Assembly (NCBI GenBank): GCA_963785235.1
Contig: CAWAUM010000003.1
Coordinates: forward strand, 320,001-384,000
Direction: 5' to 3'
Source: an uncultured delta proteobacterium
GTDB taxonomy: Bacteria; Desulfobacterota; Desulfomonilia; UBA1062
DNA length: 64,000 nucleotides
In this document: piece by piece, positions 61,531 to 64,000 of the stretch
How positions within the stretch are numbered: the stretch's first letter is position 1
Layout of the letters: each line of letters begins with the position of its first letter
Position numbers and translations under genes: made by a program
Notes under the pieces: model-generated
Told to the model about the DNA's origin: nothing
The model's input: the letters and a program-made list of their open reading frames with translations, nothing else
The model's database searches: none

Positions 61531-63186
61531 ATGAGCTCTTATCTAAGGTATATTGCATTGCTTTTGGTCTGTGTGATTATAGTAGCATGCCAGCAGGAGA
61601 ATCACAAGGCGGTTGTCCCACCGGCGTCGGGTGACGCCATACCGGCCGATATCACCCCTGCCTATGGCGACGTGCTCGTGCTTTCCTCCATCGGCGACGC
61701 CAGCAACCTCATCCCCATGCTCTCTTCCGACGCCTCCTCACACGAGGTGGCAGGCTTTCTCTTTAACGGGCTGGTCAAGTATGACAAGGACTACAACATC
61801 GTAGGCGATCTGGCCAGGAGCTGGGACATCGAGAACGACGGCAAACTCCTGCGCTTTCACCTGCGCAATGACGTACTCTGGCATGACGGGGCAAAATTCA
61901 CTGCCAGGGATGTCATGTTCACCTATACTCTCATTATCGACCCCAAAACCCCCACAGCCTATGCCGAGAAATACAAGCTCGTGAAAAGGGCGCGCATCCT
62001 CGATGAGTATACCTTCGAGGTGGAATACGACAAGCCGCTTGCACCTGCACTCATCAGCTGGGGATCGCTCCAGGTCCTGCCCGAACATCTCCTCAAGGGC
62101 GTGGACATCACCAAGACACCCTTTGCCCGCTCGCCCGTAGGCACTGGCCCCTTCTCCTTCGTGAGCTGGCAGACCGGCCAGAAGATTACGGTAAAGGCCA
62201 ATGAGAAGTACTTTGACGGGGTGCCCTATTTCACTGGCATCAACTACCGCATCATCCCGGACCAGAACACCGAGTTTCTGGAACTCAAGGCAGGCAGCAT
62301 CGACATGATGGGGCTGACCCCTCTGCAGTATCTCCGCCAGACCGAAACGCCGGATTTCAAGAAGCTGTATGCCAAATACAAGTTCCTCTCCGACGGCTAC
62401 ACCTACCTGGGCTTCAACCTGAAGAAAAAGCCCTTTGACGACAAGCTGGTCCGCCAGGCAATTTCATACGCCATTGACAGGGACGAGATCATCAAGGGCG
62501 TGCTCAACGGCCTGGGCGAACCGACCACCGGCCCATACAAACCGGGCACCAAGTGGTACAACACCAAGGTCACGAGATATCAGTACAACCCTGACAAGGC
62601 CCGGGAGCTGCTGATGCAGGCCGGCTACCTCGACAGGAACGGGGACGGCATCGTTGAGTTGGACGGCAAAGACCTCACCATCACCATCCTCACCAACCAG
62701 GGCAATCCGCTCCGCGAGAAGACGGCCCAAATAGTCCAGCAGCGGCTCAAGCAGGTGGGCATTGCCGTCAAGATCCGTATCATCGAGTGGACCGTGTTTC
62801 TGAAGGAATATGTGGACAAGGGCAACTTCGATGCCGTGATCCTCGGCTGGAACATCCTGCAGGACCCTGACCTGTATAATGTCTGGCATTCCAGCCAGGC
62901 CGTCAAGGGCGGGCTCAACTTCGTAAAATATAAGGACCCCGAGGTGGACACGCTGCTCACGGACGGCAGGCAGACCTTTGACGAGACAAAGCGCAAGCAA
63001 TGCTATGACCGCTTCCAGGAGATCCTGGCCGACCAGCAGCCCTATATCTTCCTCTATGTACCTTACAGCCTGCCGGCAGTAAGTTCCCGCATAAAGGGGA
63101 TCGTGCCTGCCCCTGCCGGAATCACCTACAACCTTGAAAAATGGTACGTGCCCAAGGCTTATCAGAAATACACCACCTTACAGTGA
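61531..63186 (+). CDS. Peptide ABC transporter substrate-binding lipoprotein (AppA/OppA-like)
   Basis: Lipobox VAC; GLVKYD, WHDG.KFTA.DV.FT, PVGTGPF, VRQAI..AIDR. Confidence 0.93.
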   Translation: MSSYLRYIALLLVCVIIVACQQENHKAVVPPASGDAIPADITPAYGDVLVLSSIGDASNLIPMLSSDASSHEVAGFLFNGLVKYDKDYNIVGDLARSWDIENDGKLLRFHLRNDVLWHDGAKFTARDVMFTYTLIIDPKTPTAYAEKYKLVKRARILDEYTFEVEYDKPLAPALISWGSLQVLPEHLLKGVDITKTPFARSPVGTGPFSFVSWQTGQKITVKANEKYFDGVPYFTGINYRIIPDQNTEFLELKAGSIDMMGLTPLQYLRQTETPDFKKLYAKYKFLSDGYTYLGFNLKKKPFDDKLVRQAISYAIDRDEIIKGVLNGLGEPTTGPYKPGTKWYNTKVTRYQYNPDKARELLMQAGYLDRNGDGIVELDGKDLTITILTNQGNPLREKTAQIVQQRLKQVGIAVKIRIIEWTVFLKEYVDKGNFDAVILGWNILQDPDLYNVWHSSQAVKGGLNFVKYKDPEVDTLLTDGRQTFDETKRKQCYDRFQEILADQQPYIFLYVPYSLPAVSSRIKGIVPAPAGITYNLEKWYVPKAYQKYTTLQ

Positions 63187-63199
63187 CGGGGGTCTGGGT

Positions 63200-64000
63200 A
63201 TGCTCCGCTACCTGATGAGGCGCCTTGCCATTCTTATCCCCACCTTCATCGGCATAACCATCGTTTGCTTTGCCGTGATCCATCTGGCACCCGGGTCGCC
63301 CACAGATATGCAGACCCAGATGAACCCCGACATAACACCCCAGGCCATTGAACAGCTCAACAAACACTACGGCCTCGACAAGCCGCTTATGACCCAGTAC
63401 TTCGGGTGGATGAAGAGCCTGGCACTTCTCGATTTCGGAAATTCCATTTCATCGGATGCCAGGCCTGTGTGGGACAAGATCAAGGAACGGCTGCCCATAA
63501 CCATTTACATCAACATCTCATCCATGATCATCATCTTCCTGGCCGCCATACCTCTGGGCGTAATCTCGGCGCTCAAGAGGGGCAGCGCCCTGGACCGGTC
63601 CATTACCGTCTTCGTGTTCATCGGCTTTTCCATCCCGGGCTTCTGGCTGGCGCTCATCTGCATGGACCTCTTCGGGGTGAGGCTGGGCTGGTTGCCCATA
63701 TCCGGCATCCACTCGCCCGAGTACATAAACCTTCCGCTGTGGGGCAAGGTAGCGGACACGACCAGGCACCTCTTTCTGCCGGTATTCATCTCCGCCTTCG
63801 GTTCGCTGGCTGGCATGAGCAGGTATATGCGCTCCAGCATGCTGGAGATCATCAAGCAGGACTATATCCTCACGGCCCGGGCCAAGGGCTTGAGCGAGCG
63901 CACCGTGATCTACAAGCACGCCATGCGCAACGCCCTGCTGCCCGTCATCACCATCTTAGGCCTGTCCATCCCGGGGCTCATCGGTGGCAGCGTTATCTTT
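63200..64000 (+). CDS. Peptide ABC transporter permease (OppB/DppB-like), truncated at window edge
   Basis: MLRYLMRRL...[29 protein letters not shown]...[10 protein letters not shown]. Confidence 0.93.
   Translation, partial: MLRYLMRRLAILIPTFIGITIVCFAVIHLAPGSPTDMQTQMNPDITPQAIEQLNKHYGLDKPLMTQYFGWMKSLALLDFGNSISSDARPVWDKIKERLPITIYINISSMIIIFLAAIPLGVISALKRGSALDRSITVFVFIGFSIPGFWLALICMDLFGVRLGWLPISGIHSPEYINLPLWGKVADTTRHLFLPVFISAFGSLAGMSRYMRSSMLEIIKQDYILTARAKGLSERTVIYKHAMRNALLPVITILGLSIPGLIGGSVIF

Overview
A mostly housekeeping chromosomal segment of a Gram-negative anaerobe, probably Desulfobacterota/deltaproteobacterial (inferred from gene content). It holds an extended arsenic/thiol-redox cluster (arsR, arsP-like permease, thioredoxins, DGC protein, ccdA, rhodanese, MauE/DoxX, acr3) followed by a MacB/LolE-type ABC module. 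It also holds emrAB, a class I adenylate cyclase with lgt, carD-PIN/TRAM-ispD-ispF-cysS-uvrB, tRNA-Phe, ugd, signalling genes, an EndoQ-like/UvrD pair and a peptide ABC transporter. Several genes carry single-base indels that look like long-read errors. Three signals not shown in the ORF track stand out. (1) A dispersed family of about 180-230 bp nested-palindrome intergenic elements (about 7 full or partial copies) with fully compensatory arm changes. (2) A stand-alone GrdB/PrdB-like selenoprotein with an in-frame UGA in a UxxC motif and a SECIS-like hairpin. (3) Two tandem KimA-like K+ transporter genes, each with its own promoter and c-di-AMP (ydaO) riboswitch followed by short upstream ORFs. 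No CRISPR array, prophage, integrase or transposase was seen.
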